From the NCBI RefSeq assembly GCF_027921745.1, contig NC_079238.1:4340001-4404000 (forward strand): DNA of 64,000 bases. The letters are read 5' to 3'. The notes beneath the pieces are model-generated. The model did not search any database. It was not told where the DNA came from and saw only the letters and a program-made list of their open reading frames with translations. A program made the translations under genes and the position numbers. Positions 48,011-60,253 of this stretch are shown here, one piece after another. How positions within the stretch are numbered: the stretch's first letter is position 1; each line of letters starts with the position of its first letter. The DNA is from Schizosaccharomyces osmophilus (taxonomy: Eukaryota).

Positions 48011-51000
48011 TTACATTAGGTAATCAGCATTAAAGTAGCGTTCAAATTGCGGCTCTTCATATAATTCTGCTTTAACAACATGAAAGCAATGCAGAAGTAA
48101 CAGCGGAAACTTTTCTGTAAAGTACGCAGTAAAGCCGTCGGGAAGGCTTCCCAATAGAGCGCGTACATTATCTGGTAAATCTTGATAATGATGCCTCTAA
48201 ATATTGTCAGCGAAACCCCCGTATACCATCGCATGTAATGTCAGTACTTACCTTATTTCTTAATACCCGAAGTATATCTAAAATTTTAGAACCGTCATAT
48301 TTTCGATACCTTCCAAGATTGTCAATCAAAGAGTTGTGTAAGTCGGCCATCCAATCTTTGCCAACAACTAAGTGAGCGTTATTTTCTAGACATTGAAGCA
48401 AAGGAGAAGGAGGATCACGCTCTTCCGCCTCAAACCTATCAGATACGTTGATCAAAAAATCCAGTTTTTTGGAGTAATTCCAAAAAAGCGGATGGTTAAC
48501 TATATTCTCTATGGTTGGGCGGTCCTTAGGACTGAAACTAATCATCTCTGATATTAAATCAACAGCCAAAGTCCCATATTCACCCATCAAGCCAAGGTCT
48601 TCAAGATTGTATTCTCCTTTCAATATATTAGACTCGCATTCATATTGATTACCAAAAGGGTGTTTACCACCAGAAAGGGTGAAGTAAAAGATACATCCCA
48701 AAGCAAAAATATCAGTTGCATGACTTGCCTGACGAATCCTTCCTTCATGACTCGTACAGTGAATCTCTTTCGCTTCCTGTGAAACTAAGCCTCGAAGAAT
48801 CTCTTGAGAACGCCATCCGTATGAGCCAGCTGCTTCAAACGTAGTAGTATGAAATGAACTTTGGCTAATATTCACTTTTTTACTTAAACCAAAATCGGAT
48901 ATTAAAGGCTTGATGATGAGATTGTTATTGTGGGTGACCTTTCTGGAAAGTAGGATATTTTGTGGCTTTAAATCACGATGAACCAAATCTAAAGTGTGAA
49001 GATGCCTCAGTCCCAGTGCGATTTGATATAACAAAGCAATTCTATCAATTTCCTGTACCATTTCATGATGAATCAGAGGATGCTCTATTACTTCAGCTAA
49101 AGTGCATTCACCTAACTCGATCACGACATAAAGGAATTTATCGCTTTGCTGTCTACAATAGTAACGGACGATGTTTGGATGATCGTCACTTTTTTGAAGA
49201 AGTTGAATTTCTCTTGTAGCCAACTCATAAAAATCTAAAAGGATGCGTTTCACAGCGACATCTCGATCTTCGTACTTTCCTCTATAAACAATTGTCCCAT
49301 GGCTTCCATAACCAAGTATATCTGGAAAAATAGTTAAGGAATTCAGCGTTAAAGAGCCATCAGAGTTTTGACTCGTAGATTTTTGGATAATGGGCCCTAT
49401 GTTTCCAACTGTGCCAGTATTGTCAGTTTGCGTTACTGCCGAATCTCTGACGAATGAGTCTATCACGTTTCCATGTTCATGTTCATCAGTGGTCCTTCTC
49501 TTTTTTCGATTTTTGCGGCGTCGCTTAGTTATATCGGCCTTTGTTGCATCCGTTGTAGCATTATTAGGATTTTCTGGCATAGCATCCCTAGCACCAAACT
49601 TTTGCTTTCGCTTTTGTGAGAAAAATATAAACAAACCCAATAGTAGAGCAATGCTGAGGATTAAAATACTCCGGAACAATAAGGAAGAAGGTGAGTCAGC
49701 GTCACCCGCATCTAACAAAGGAACTTGATTTTGATCGGATGAAAGGGCCAGCCTGTCAGACTCAACACCCTCTAAATAATATTCGGGAAAACACTCAGTG
49801 GGCAAGGATAGCAAAGGGACGTCTGCAGTTCTCAATGGATGTAATCCTATTATACTGCTTATAGGTACATGTGATCCAGGATATAGATAGCACGCCGCAT
49901 TTGGAACTGCGGAAACAAGGGGAAATTGTTTAGTCGACATAGCGTACCAATTATAAGGAGAAAGAGTGTTTAAATAAACGCTTTCAGTGTCATTCGAAAA
50001 CAAATTCGGAAACATGTTTTGAATGAACACATCAATTGGTTGATGAAGCAAACGAGAATTGGGAAAATAACTGTATTCCTCTGTGGATGATTCCGGGAAT
50101 GACACAACATCGAAGACGGAAGTGGCAGGAATTGCCAAATTAATATTTTGAACAACGCGTTTCTTTTTCAGATCTAAAACGATCAAATCATCTTCTGCAT
50201 TTGGAAATGCTAATTTGGAATCTAAAGGGGCCCGATATGAAGAACCATGAACTAAGTCACTCTTGCTAGGGCTCCATTCAACAAAAATGATATCCAAAAG
50301 AAGAGAAGACCCTTGATAAATACTGACTTTGTATTCAGTTCTCGCAATATCTATGATTGCTTTGCCTGAAAGTGAAGCTTCTAGCTGATTATCATCCAAC
50401 AAATCCAAAGAATCAACTGCATCACCACCAGCTTTAGTCTGACCAAATTCAAAGTCTCTTCGATGACTTGAATCCTCTGCTTTGAACAAATGATTGGGAG
50501 TAGACGTGTCATATGATGAAGAAACTGCAGAACGAGCAGCCTGAATACTTCCCCTAGAATCATATTGAGAAAAAATCTTTCCACTTAAGGCATCTATCGT
50601 TAACAATGTTGTTTGTTTACTTCCAACGAAAATGTTGTTGTCCAGTAAACGTATGGGAGAAGCGTTGACAAGACTACGAAGATTATGCGGAAGTCGAACC
50701 AAACCAGTCTTGATGTTAAAGGCATATAAAATTCCGCCGTCAATCGGTTCCACAAACCATAGAGTGTCATTGCCAGAGACATAGGAAGCTGCTTGCAAAG
50801 CACCTAAAGACCTATCTCCGGGAAATGAGTGAAGGGAAGATGGAGTAAATTGCCTAATCTCATTTTTTGGAAGAATTGGATAGTCCTGAAGGACGGAAAC
50901 GTTTTCAGTTTCTCCAAGTGACCATAGTCTATTGCCAGATGAACGATCGTAGCCGTGTAAAATACCATCAACAGTAGAAACAAGGAAGACGTTCTGTAAT

Positions 51001-51209
51001 TTGGCCCCTGCAAAGTTTCTAGAGGCTTCGAATGAAGAGGAAAGCGAATGCCCATTACCCTGACCTTGTGGCAGACCGGAGGAAGAAAAAAGTATCAAAT
51101 CATTGACAGAAGTGCTAGGAGTAGGATCCGATAATGAATGACAGATTTGAACAATACAAAGGAAAACTAATACAACAAAAGTTATAGTAGAAAGAAAACC
51201 CAATTTCAT
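48011..51209 (-). CDS. ire1: ER-stress sensor kinase/endoribonuclease Ire1; 2 exons
   Basis: Signal peptide, lumenal domain ([11 protein letters not shown]), TM, kinase ([24 protein letters not shown]). KEN domain is completed by intron 48251-48197 ([11 protein letters not shown]). Confidence 0.97.
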
Positions 51210-51894
51210 AAGTAGCTGGTTTAAGCTGTTCAAAATGCTTCTTTCTTGAAACGAAATTTGTAGACAATTTCTTTTATTTACGAATTAATCATTTCTTTTC
51301 CAATCAACGCCAATTTATTAGGAAAAGAGAAAATTTTGGTAGGAACTATTTTGCGGTTGTTGCTTAGTGTCAGTTTGCAATCGAAAAAGTCTTGTCAAGA
51401 GGCAAACCACCCACCGATTTGGAAGGTTCGCAATCTTTTGGACACTCTTAGATTAGAACAAAAAAAACCTCCTACAACTTCCAAAAGCGGCTCTAAAGGG
51501 ACAGAAAGGTACTTTTAGCACTGTATACAATAATTGGAACCTGAAGTATTCGAGAATGATGAATCTCAATATCGAAGTTCTTTCTGTATTTCTTTCCGAG
51601 TTCCAAGTCTTTTGGTTACTGACTTTTGCTTCCTTCTCTTTCCAACAATTCACTGTCCAAATTCACAATTGCCATCTTTTGTTTATTAATGATATGGAAA
51701 TCTTATCACTCCATTTTTTAAAAAAATATTCCGTAATCTTCTTTCGAATTTTAAACATCTGTTCAAGTTCGTTATTAGTATATAACATCGCAAAGGACCA
51801 CTAAACTCAACACCATAAATTCCGAGAAACTTGCCTGTATAACAGTTCCAAATATACTCAATCTAATTCTTGTTCTTGTATCACTATATGTAAC

Positions 51895-52498
51895 ATGTCT
51901 CGTAAGTAACCATAAATTATAAAGTACAACCGGTAAGAAATCTTTACCGCTAACCTACATTTCCCCGAGTCCCTTTTTTTCGTAGTATCATGATACATGG
52001 TCGCTATAACTGGTATTGCCATTTTTCTTTGTCGCAGGTTCATCCATTAGATTGCATATTGCAATGCATTGGTTTTGTACATTTTACCTGAGCTTGAAAG
52101 CACGATGCGGTATCATTCTTTTCTTTATGGGAACCGGGGGCCGAAAAGGGTTGAGTAGGATTTGAAAAGTTGTTCCTGATCTTTCGGATGGTGGAATGTC
52201 AACTAATACACTATAGGTGGTAACCAGCGTGAGACTGATCGTGTCCGTAATGCCAAAAAGCAACAGGCAGGTAAAAAGAAACAGGACGGAAATCCTGCCA
52301 AACGTCTTGAAGCGTATGTAGAAACGATTTACCCAGTGATCAATAAACAGCACAGAATTAACACTTTGTTAGCCAGGCTGAAATTATGAGAGCAAAACAA
52401 CGTGCTGCTGATGAGAAAAAGGGAGCTACTGGTTCCCAAAAGGTACATATATAATTTCTGTTTTCTAGTATTTTGTACTAACCTAGCATTTTTAGTAG
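51895..52498 (+). CDS. SERF/4F5 family small basic protein, 58 aa; 4 exons (not in ORF track)
   Basis: Exons 51895-51901, 52217-52313, 52373-52442 and 52496-52498 translate to MSRGNQRETDRVRNAKKQQAGKKKQDGNPAKRLEAQAEIMRAKQRAADEKKGATGSQK*. MxRGNQR and AEIMRxKQ are SERF signatures. The last intron is least certain. Confidence 0.93.
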
Positions 52499-53172
52499 CG
52501 CATAATACACAGTCTTTTTAGTTGCAATAAATTTAGTGCAATTGGTGCTTCGTTTATCAAATCCCAGCATCTGCCTCTTTTCCTGTAAGCAAATCCAATC
52601 CTCATACATGACTTCGTTGATGCTTTTTTTAAGTGTGCCGTTTTGTACACATACATGTTACATAGTATTTTATAATCACAGTTACCATTCTACATCAAGC
52701 ATAGATATATCCAACAGCTGCTATTATGAAAGCGTTTTTCAACAAGACTCAGTACAAAGTCAATGGACAAACTATTATCATTTAAAAAATACAAGGGCAA
52801 CTGCAATTACAACTATCGACACAAAAACAATTAACCAAACATTATATATTTATATCTACAATTAACAAATTAAGCTAGATGGTATATAAATGCAAAACAG
52901 ACCAAAGGAAATCAGGGTATAACAAAAACAGTTCTGTACCAACTTTCAAAGATATCAATCATGATATCACCAGAACACCTTGCCTATTTCTATAGACAAG
53001 CCAATTTACCTGAGAAAACAACAGTCCTACGACACTTAAATAGCAAAATAAAACAATTTTGCTCGCATACAAACAATAAATATCCATCCCTTCAACAGCA
53101 GAAAGGGAAATTAATGCAAACGCTAGCTAAAACCATCACATTTTAGGGAATCCGAAATTAAATGAAGCTCAC

Positions 53173-54417
53173 TTACAAGCTGAGAGCAGCACCGAAGAGG
53201 GTAACGATACCAACAACACCAGCGGAGAAAGCAACAGTGGAAGCACCAGACTTTTGGCTAGAAGCAGACTTACCATGCTCGGCAGAGGAGTCAGAGCCGG
53301 AAGCAGAAGAAGTAGCGGAGGAGCCATCAGAGGTAGCAGTGTTGCTGACAGAGGAAGACTTGGCAATGCTAGATACGGCACCCTTGCAAGTCCAATCATT
53401 ACCCTTGATAACATCGTCACTCTTCTTGAAGGGGCAAGAGAAGTTGCTAGACTTGCTTTCAACCAACAAACTACCACGAACATCAGAAAGCTTGGGGAAA
53501 TCAACTTCAGAGTAGTTACCGAGCAAAGTAAGACCACCACCGACTTCAGAGAGCTTAGGGAAACCAGAGACCTTGACCAGATCAGTGTTGTTGATGGTGA
53601 AACTACCACCAACGCTAGTCAAGTTGGGAAGGCTTAAGCTGTTAAGATCAGTAGAGTCCATGAAGTAGAGGGATTGGGACACAGAGGTGAGGTAGGGAAG
53701 GGAGACATTGTTAAGGGAGGTATCGGTGAAACCAAGACTGCCCTTAGTAGACTTCAAGTTACCGACGAAAACGTTGCTGATACCGTTGAAGTTGGCATCA
53801 GAGCTAACATTGGCAAGCTTGCTAAAGTTTACGTCAACCTTCTTGGCGTTGGCAGCAATGTTGATAGATGAGGCGGTTTCCAATTGGGGCATGTCGATAG
53901 ATTGGATGTATTTGTTGTTGTTGATATTGAAAGTACCGATGTTAGTGATATCAATACCCTTGATGGACTGGAGTCCGGTGTTGACGATTTCGACATTATT
54001 AGCCTTCTTGATACCATTGTTGAATTGGAGTTCTCCCAAGTTGGGTAAAACCTTGAGTTCCAAAGAACCGACCTCGTTAAGCTTAGGGGCAGGAAGACTG
54101 TTCAAACGGGTCATATCATGAATGCTAAACGTACCGTCGACAGTTTCTAAGTCTGGGAAGTTGACGGTTTCTAAGTGAGGGCTGTTGGAAACAACAATAC
54201 CACCAGTGACTTCCTTAACACCTACGATGTTGAGAACAGTGATACCAGAGGCTTGCAAGTTGTCAACGTGTAAGCTGCCGTCTAACTTGCTGCAGCTTTT
54301 GATGTTGTCGAGGTCACTTTGGGCGGTGACATTTTTGTCGCCGGAGCAGTTATCATTGTCGGCAAGAACGCGAGATGCGAGTAAAAGGAATGAAAGAGAA
54401 AGAGACTTGAATAACAT
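53173..54417 (-). CDS. ecm33: GPI-anchored cell-surface protein Ecm33 (receptor L-domain/LRR-like), 414 aa
   Basis: Signal peptide, repeated xFPxLxxVxGx units, Ser-rich stalk, hydrophobic GPI signal; strong codon bias. Confidence 0.93.
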   Translation of the reverse strand: MLFKSLSLSFLLLASRVLADNDNCSGDKNVTAQSDLDNIKSCSKLDGSLHVDNLQASGITVLNIVGVKEVTGGIVVSNSPHLETVNFPDLETVDGTFSIHDMTRLNSLPAPKLNEVGSLELKVLPNLGELQFNNGIKKANNVEIVNTGLQSIKGIDITNIGTFNINNNKYIQSIDMPQLETASSINIAANAKKVDVNFSKLANVSSDANFNGISNVFVGNLKSTKGSLGFTDTSLNNVSLPYLTSVSQSLYFMDSTDLNSLSLPNLTSVGGSFTINNTDLVKVSGFPKLSEVGGGLTLLGNYSEVDFPKLSDVRGSLLVESKSSNFSCPFKKSDDVIKGNDWTCKGAVSSIAKSSSVSNTATSDGSSATSSASGSDSSAEHGKSASSQKSGASTVAFSAGVVGIVTLFGAALSL

Positions 54418-54698
54418 GATGTATCAAATGCTTTAGATGTTAGATGATAAAAAGAAAATCAAAAACGACAGCGAAAGATTAAAAAATATGCAAAAGATTC
54501 GGTCTTTTATGAAAGATGCGAATATGAACGATGAAAAGATGGAAGGTGTTTCAAAAGAAGGACCGACCGAGAAGAAAAACGAAAAAATGAACAAGCAAAG
54601 AAAAACAAATAGCAAAAGAGCTTAAAATTCAATGAAAACTTGAATTAATAGTGAGAAGTGTTTCGCTTTGATCTGGTGTCTAAAGGACGGAAGTCCTG

Positions 54699-55331
54699 CC
54701 TTATATAGTAGAAAAGTCTCGTTTCCGTGACTTTCCTCGCGCTACCTGAAAACCCGCAACCGTTGCAATGTTTACAGCCATCAGAGTACAACCAGCCAGC
54801 TCGTTGCCCGAGCGACAAACAATCGTATATGCGAGAACATGAACACTACGACGTTTGATTGGCTGATCTCCGACTGATAGTAAGACAAACGCGCTTTAAT
54901 GGTCGCGGTTGCTGCGGTAACGAGATACCACGGAAATGTAAACAAATGGGGTGTAAACAAACAAAGGGCTGGTTTTCAAAGGAGAATCATATGTAACAGG
55001 CAATTGCGTTCGTCCATGCAAAATTTTGCAAGCCATTGCAACGAATATAGATCATAGTCACTGGTACCGTCCATGCGTGGATGACACGGACGGCTGACTA
55101 CCCTGGAACGGTAGGAAGTTCCGGACCTTGTATACAGGGACCCAGAAGTCACACAAAGAAGAGTTAACAAATCCCAACGACAGCTTGGGGCCCCTTATAG
55201 TAATATGGCAAACGGCATTGAAGAATAGTTTTTTAAATAATGTTGTCTATGCAAAAAAGAAGCCTCTCGTCTTTCATGTTTAAAATTGGATCTTTGGTGT
55301 TGCATGTTGGACGCGACGCGTCACGTAAACA
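54699..55331 (-). promoter_or_regulatory. ecm33 upstream region: TATA box, four forkhead sites, Ace2-type site
   Basis: CTATATAAGG on minus strand (54699-54708). TGTTTAC/GTAAACA at 54769, 54938, 54953 and 55325. CCAGCC at 54792. Confidence 0.6.
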
Positions 55332-55529
55332 AATGATTCATCAAGCGGGTTCTTCGACCGAACTATTACGAGCAATGGGCGGGTCCTTCGGAACGCACTG
55401 ATAAAGTTTGAGTTATCTCGTAAGAGATAATCCATTGACCTTTTAGATCTCTTTGCGACATATAACAAAACTAGGCGAAGGAGCATCTTTAGCGTTATAT
55501 ATAAAAAAGATATAATACAATCGCTAGTA

Positions 55530-55571
55530 AGTAGTAGCAGTAGTAGTAGTAGTAGTAGTAGGAGGAGGAGG
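55530..55571. repeat. Compound trinucleotide microsatellite (AGT)~10(AGG)4
   Basis: Read directly; one AGC interruption. Confidence 0.9.
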
Positions 55572-55692
55572 TAGGTAGGAAATACAATAGGAAAAAGATA
55601 AATGAAAGTGATGAAAGAGAACAGATGAATTATTAAATGAAAAAAGAAAAAAGTACAAGTGCCTAATGCATCGAACGGTGACGAAACCAAAA

Positions 55693-55718
55693 GAATTGCA
55701 GGAATTGCAGGAATTGCC
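55693..55718. repeat. Tandem 9-mer (GAATTGCAG) x ~3
   Basis: GAATTGCAG GAATTGCAG GAATTGCC. Confidence 0.85.
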
Positions 55719-56014
55719 GCCAACAAGTTTGATGAACTCCGGGTCGTCGTTTCGAATTGGTTGGCAAACAAACGAAATCACTACCAACTGACAAGACCAG
55801 TGAAAATTTTTAACTCTTTTAATTCTGTTTACCATCATTGTATACCAATCATTGTTTATATAAAGAGACCGATGCTTTCTTCCACCTAGCTCGCTAAGCA
55901 AATTAAACTTGATAAGCTCGGTTCAAGCGAATACATAGGTCAACACCACGCCGACAGACGGGTTGGGTTTTCTTGAAAAAATTACCCTCTGTTTTCATTA
56001 AAAAGCTGTTCACA

Positions 56015-56643
<629 letters not shown>

Positions 56644-57157
56644 TGTTGGTACTGAAAAGAAAAGATTACGAACTTTTTATTCCCTTTCTCATTGTCCAAC
56701 CGCTTCTTCTTGTTTCGTCTTTCCATGGCCGACAATATATACTTTGAGAAAGGGATATTTCTTATGAATTCTACCTGGGTGGATGTATGGTGAAGACAAT
56801 AGCCATGATTCTTTTTGCTCCTTTACTTTGCTTGAAACAACATCACCGCTTTTACGATGGGCTCTGGAAAAGTAACCGTCGTCTTTTGGTTTTGATGATT
56901 TTGGATTTTCATTTTCATTTTACATCTTACAAGCTTCCATCTTTACCAAGTTCTACGTACTGCCAGTGGTCCAGGAAGGAGCATCTCTCGAAAAACTATG
57001 CTAACCTTACCATCATCTTTCTACGTATTTTATATTAAAAAAATCCAGATATTTCATCTCCTTTCGTTCTTGCAAACAAATGAGCTTTTTTCCATCCAAC
57101 CAAAAACACACCCTCATGTGTTTCTCTTTCTTTATAACAATGTAAATAACCGCTTCA

Positions 57158-57184
57158 AACAACAACAACAACTACTACTACTAC
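57158..57184. repeat. Compound microsatellite (AAC)5(TAC)4 upstream of srb10
   Basis: Read directly. Confidence 0.85.
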
Positions 57185-57414
57185 ATGTACATCACCAATG
57201 CTTTGAATTTTCGCCAGTACTATCCATTACTTTCTGTAACCAAACTTGCTCCTTTGCAAAACCATTGATATCCAAAGGATCAAGGAGACTTCTATCCTTT
57301 CCCAACTTTTATTTATTACTAGTCACCAAAAACATCCAATAGACCTTTTTCAGGCAAAGCATGGGATTCAAATAAGGAAAAACTAGATACTTGACTCAAC
57401 ATTGCTGTTCCTGC

Positions 57415-58609
57415 ATGAATGTTCAAGGATTGACAAAAGACTACCAAGTTGTAGGATTCATATCCTCCGGAACCTACGGAAAAGTATACAAAGTTATTTC
57501 AACAAACCAAAATGAAAAGCGCTTTTTTGCTATTAAAAAATTTAAAGCCGAAGCAAGAAATGCGGCTCCAAATGCCCAACAAACAGGCATCTCTCAAAGC
57601 ACTATACGAGAAATGATGCTTTGTAGAGAAATGCAACATGAAAATATTGTAAAGTTGATTCAAGTTTTACTAAAGGACGGAACCATTAGTATGGTTTTTG
57701 AGTACGCTGAGCATGATCTGTTACAACTTATTCACTATCATGGCCGAATGCGCACGAGAAAAATACCCCCATCTATTATCAAAAGCATCATGTGGCAGCT
57801 TCTCAACGGCCTTTCCTACCTTCATGAAAACTGGGTCATACATCGCGACTTAAAGCCTGCCAATATCATGATAACAGCTGCAGGAAAAGTTAAAATTGGT
57901 GATCTTGGCCTTGGTAGACTAATACGTGACCCTTTACTTCCACTTTACTCTAGTGATCGTGTTGTCGTTACTATATGGTATCGTGCACCTGAATTATTAC
58001 TAGGAGCTAGAGATTACACCCCTGCTATAGACATATGGGCCATTGGCTGTATCTATGGAGAGATCCTTGCTTTGACTCCTTTGTTCAAAGGTGAAGTAAA
58101 AGTGGAATCCAAAAAAGTGGTTCCTTTTCAACGTACACAAATGCTACGGATAATGGAAATATTAGGCACGCCTACTGTAGAAAGGTGGCCAGACCTTAAA
58201 TACTACCCTGATTACGATCAACTGTCTACCTTTGAAGTAAAGTATTGGAATAACTTGCTTCCCCAGTGGTACCGCACAGATAAAACCAGAGATCCCAAAG
58301 GTCTCGATTTGTTTATGAAGTTGCTTGTATACGATCCTAAAAAACGGATAACTGCTAAAGAGGCAATTCAGCATCCATATTTTACAGAAGACTCTGACTG
58401 GAGCACTACGTAAGTACCCTTATTGATTATTTTTCTTTTTTTATTTTATGGAAATTTCTCTAAACTAACCACTTTATAGCCCTTTCCTTGATCAGGGCAT
58501 CCAATATCCAGAAAGAAGAATCTTACAAGACGATTCGGATCTTCCACCAGTGAAACGGACGCTCAATACAAACGTGCTCCGAGAAACGAAGCGTTTCAAA
58601 GGAAACTAA
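57415..58609 (+). CDS. srb10: Mediator kinase Cdk8/Srb10; 2 exons
   Basis: GFISSGTYGKVYK, GISQSTIRE, EYAEHDL, HRDLKPANI, GDLGL and VVVTIWYRAPELLLGAR motifs. Intron 58410-58479. Confidence 0.97.
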
Positions 58610-58866
58610 AAAATTAAAACTCTCTCATACGTGTATTCTGTCATTAACGAAAAAATCATTATGATCTAAATTGGTTGAACTATCGGAAGCTCAGATAAAA
58701 TCGAGCATATATTGAAAAACAAACAAATGGAAGTTCATTTTATATATTTATAAAAAGAAATGAATGAAGCGTTCAACCCTTGTTCATGATTTTGATTCAG
58801 CTTCTCGGCCTTATCCTTCTAACTCGGTACTATGATCTATAACCTGGCCACCAGCTTTCCATAGTC

Positions 58867-60057
58867 ATGTTTCCAGAAGAGTGGAAGGCGAAATCGTTTC
58901 TGGAAGTTGGGCTGGACTATCAGAAGAAAGATTCTAATTTGAACAATAAGTTTCAAAATGCTCTACAATTGATGGATTTCGCAGATCACACTAATGAGGT
59001 AAAAAGCAACTAAAATGAAGATTATCTAATCATTCAGCCCATTTTGTTAGTTATTGCAGACTATTTAATTTGGTTCAATTATCAAAATGTTTCTTTAAAA
59101 GAAAATCCATTTTTGGCTCATCTTTTTCATACTTGGTCACATACGTCTTGTCTTGGCCGGCAATACCTCTTAGCCAATATATTATCTGGCAGAATCAAGC
59201 AATCTGTAAGTATTTTCTATGAATTGACTGGTTTTTGTATGCTCCTAAATGCTACATTTTCTGAAATTTCTACTTCTCGTCCTAAACAGTTGGTTATTAA
59301 CCATTTTGAAGAGCTCCAATTTGGTGAGTATCCTGACAATCTCTCCCATAGAACTCGTTTATTCAACGACAAAGGAAGATGTTTTAGAAGAAAATTCCAT
59401 TGTCGATGAAGGTGATTTACAACAATGGCTAGAACAACAAGAACTGTTGCCTGAAAAAACATCCTCCAATTCGACCGCTGCTATTTGGTTAACTGGCACA
59501 GATCGAGCTCTAACTTCAAACGAAGTGGTATGGTGGGCGAGACTGATAGTTTATTAACTTTCGTGTAGCAAAGCTTTTTACAAAGTCAACCGCGTTTTTC
59601 TGACAGTGATGTACCTACAGTTAAACAGATGGAAACTTTTATTCTGTTAAATTTGTCTTATGCCTCTGATATATTCTCCAATTTGATATACCGGTCAGAA
59701 CCGAATTCAAATCAAAGATTCCTCAAAAACCTTACATCTCTTTCGATAACGGTATCCAATATAGAAGTTTTGATTCAGATGTTGCTACATAACTCTACTT
59801 TGGCTTCTTCTATGACAAGCTCTGGTTCTTTTATGTACGAACTTTTGTCGTCATTTACTTCCCAGATCTCCAATTGCGACCTGTTTGAAAAAGAGCGAAT
59901 TGCTCACATAGGAAGTAGTTTCTTCCTTAAAGCCCTTGACGTACCTGTGATAAAAAATATACTGATGTTTGACTTGTATTTTGACTTGCAATCATTCTGT
60001 ATGACCGCACTACCTCAATCGACTGCATTGTTTCAAAAATTAAAAGCTATAAAATAG
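58867..60057 (+). CDS. not11: CCR4-NOT subunit CNOT11-like protein; 4 exons
   Basis: Introns 58999-59037, 59206-59311 and 59528-59568 join the ORFs in frame. C-terminus DLYFDLQSFC..STALFQKLK resembles the CNOT11 C-terminal domain as I recall it. Confidence 0.75.
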
Positions 60058-60253
60058 TTTAACCAAAAGTAATAATAAAATGCTAAAAGTTTTATGCAAT
60101 TTAGATAGAAGTACATCCATATAGCATTAATTTTATCAATTGTCCAACCCTAACCGAATTTAAACCAAAAAAAAAGAAACTGTATACTTTTATCCGCGCT
60201 TTCCTTAGTATGCTACAAGCAAACTGCTGGACAGCAATGACCCAAAATTAAAT

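Noticed and set aside
55280..55901. ORFs with poly-Leu or poly-Thr/Pro tracts
   Set aside because: Translations of the AGT/AGG microsatellite in the ecm33/rbx1 promoter region.
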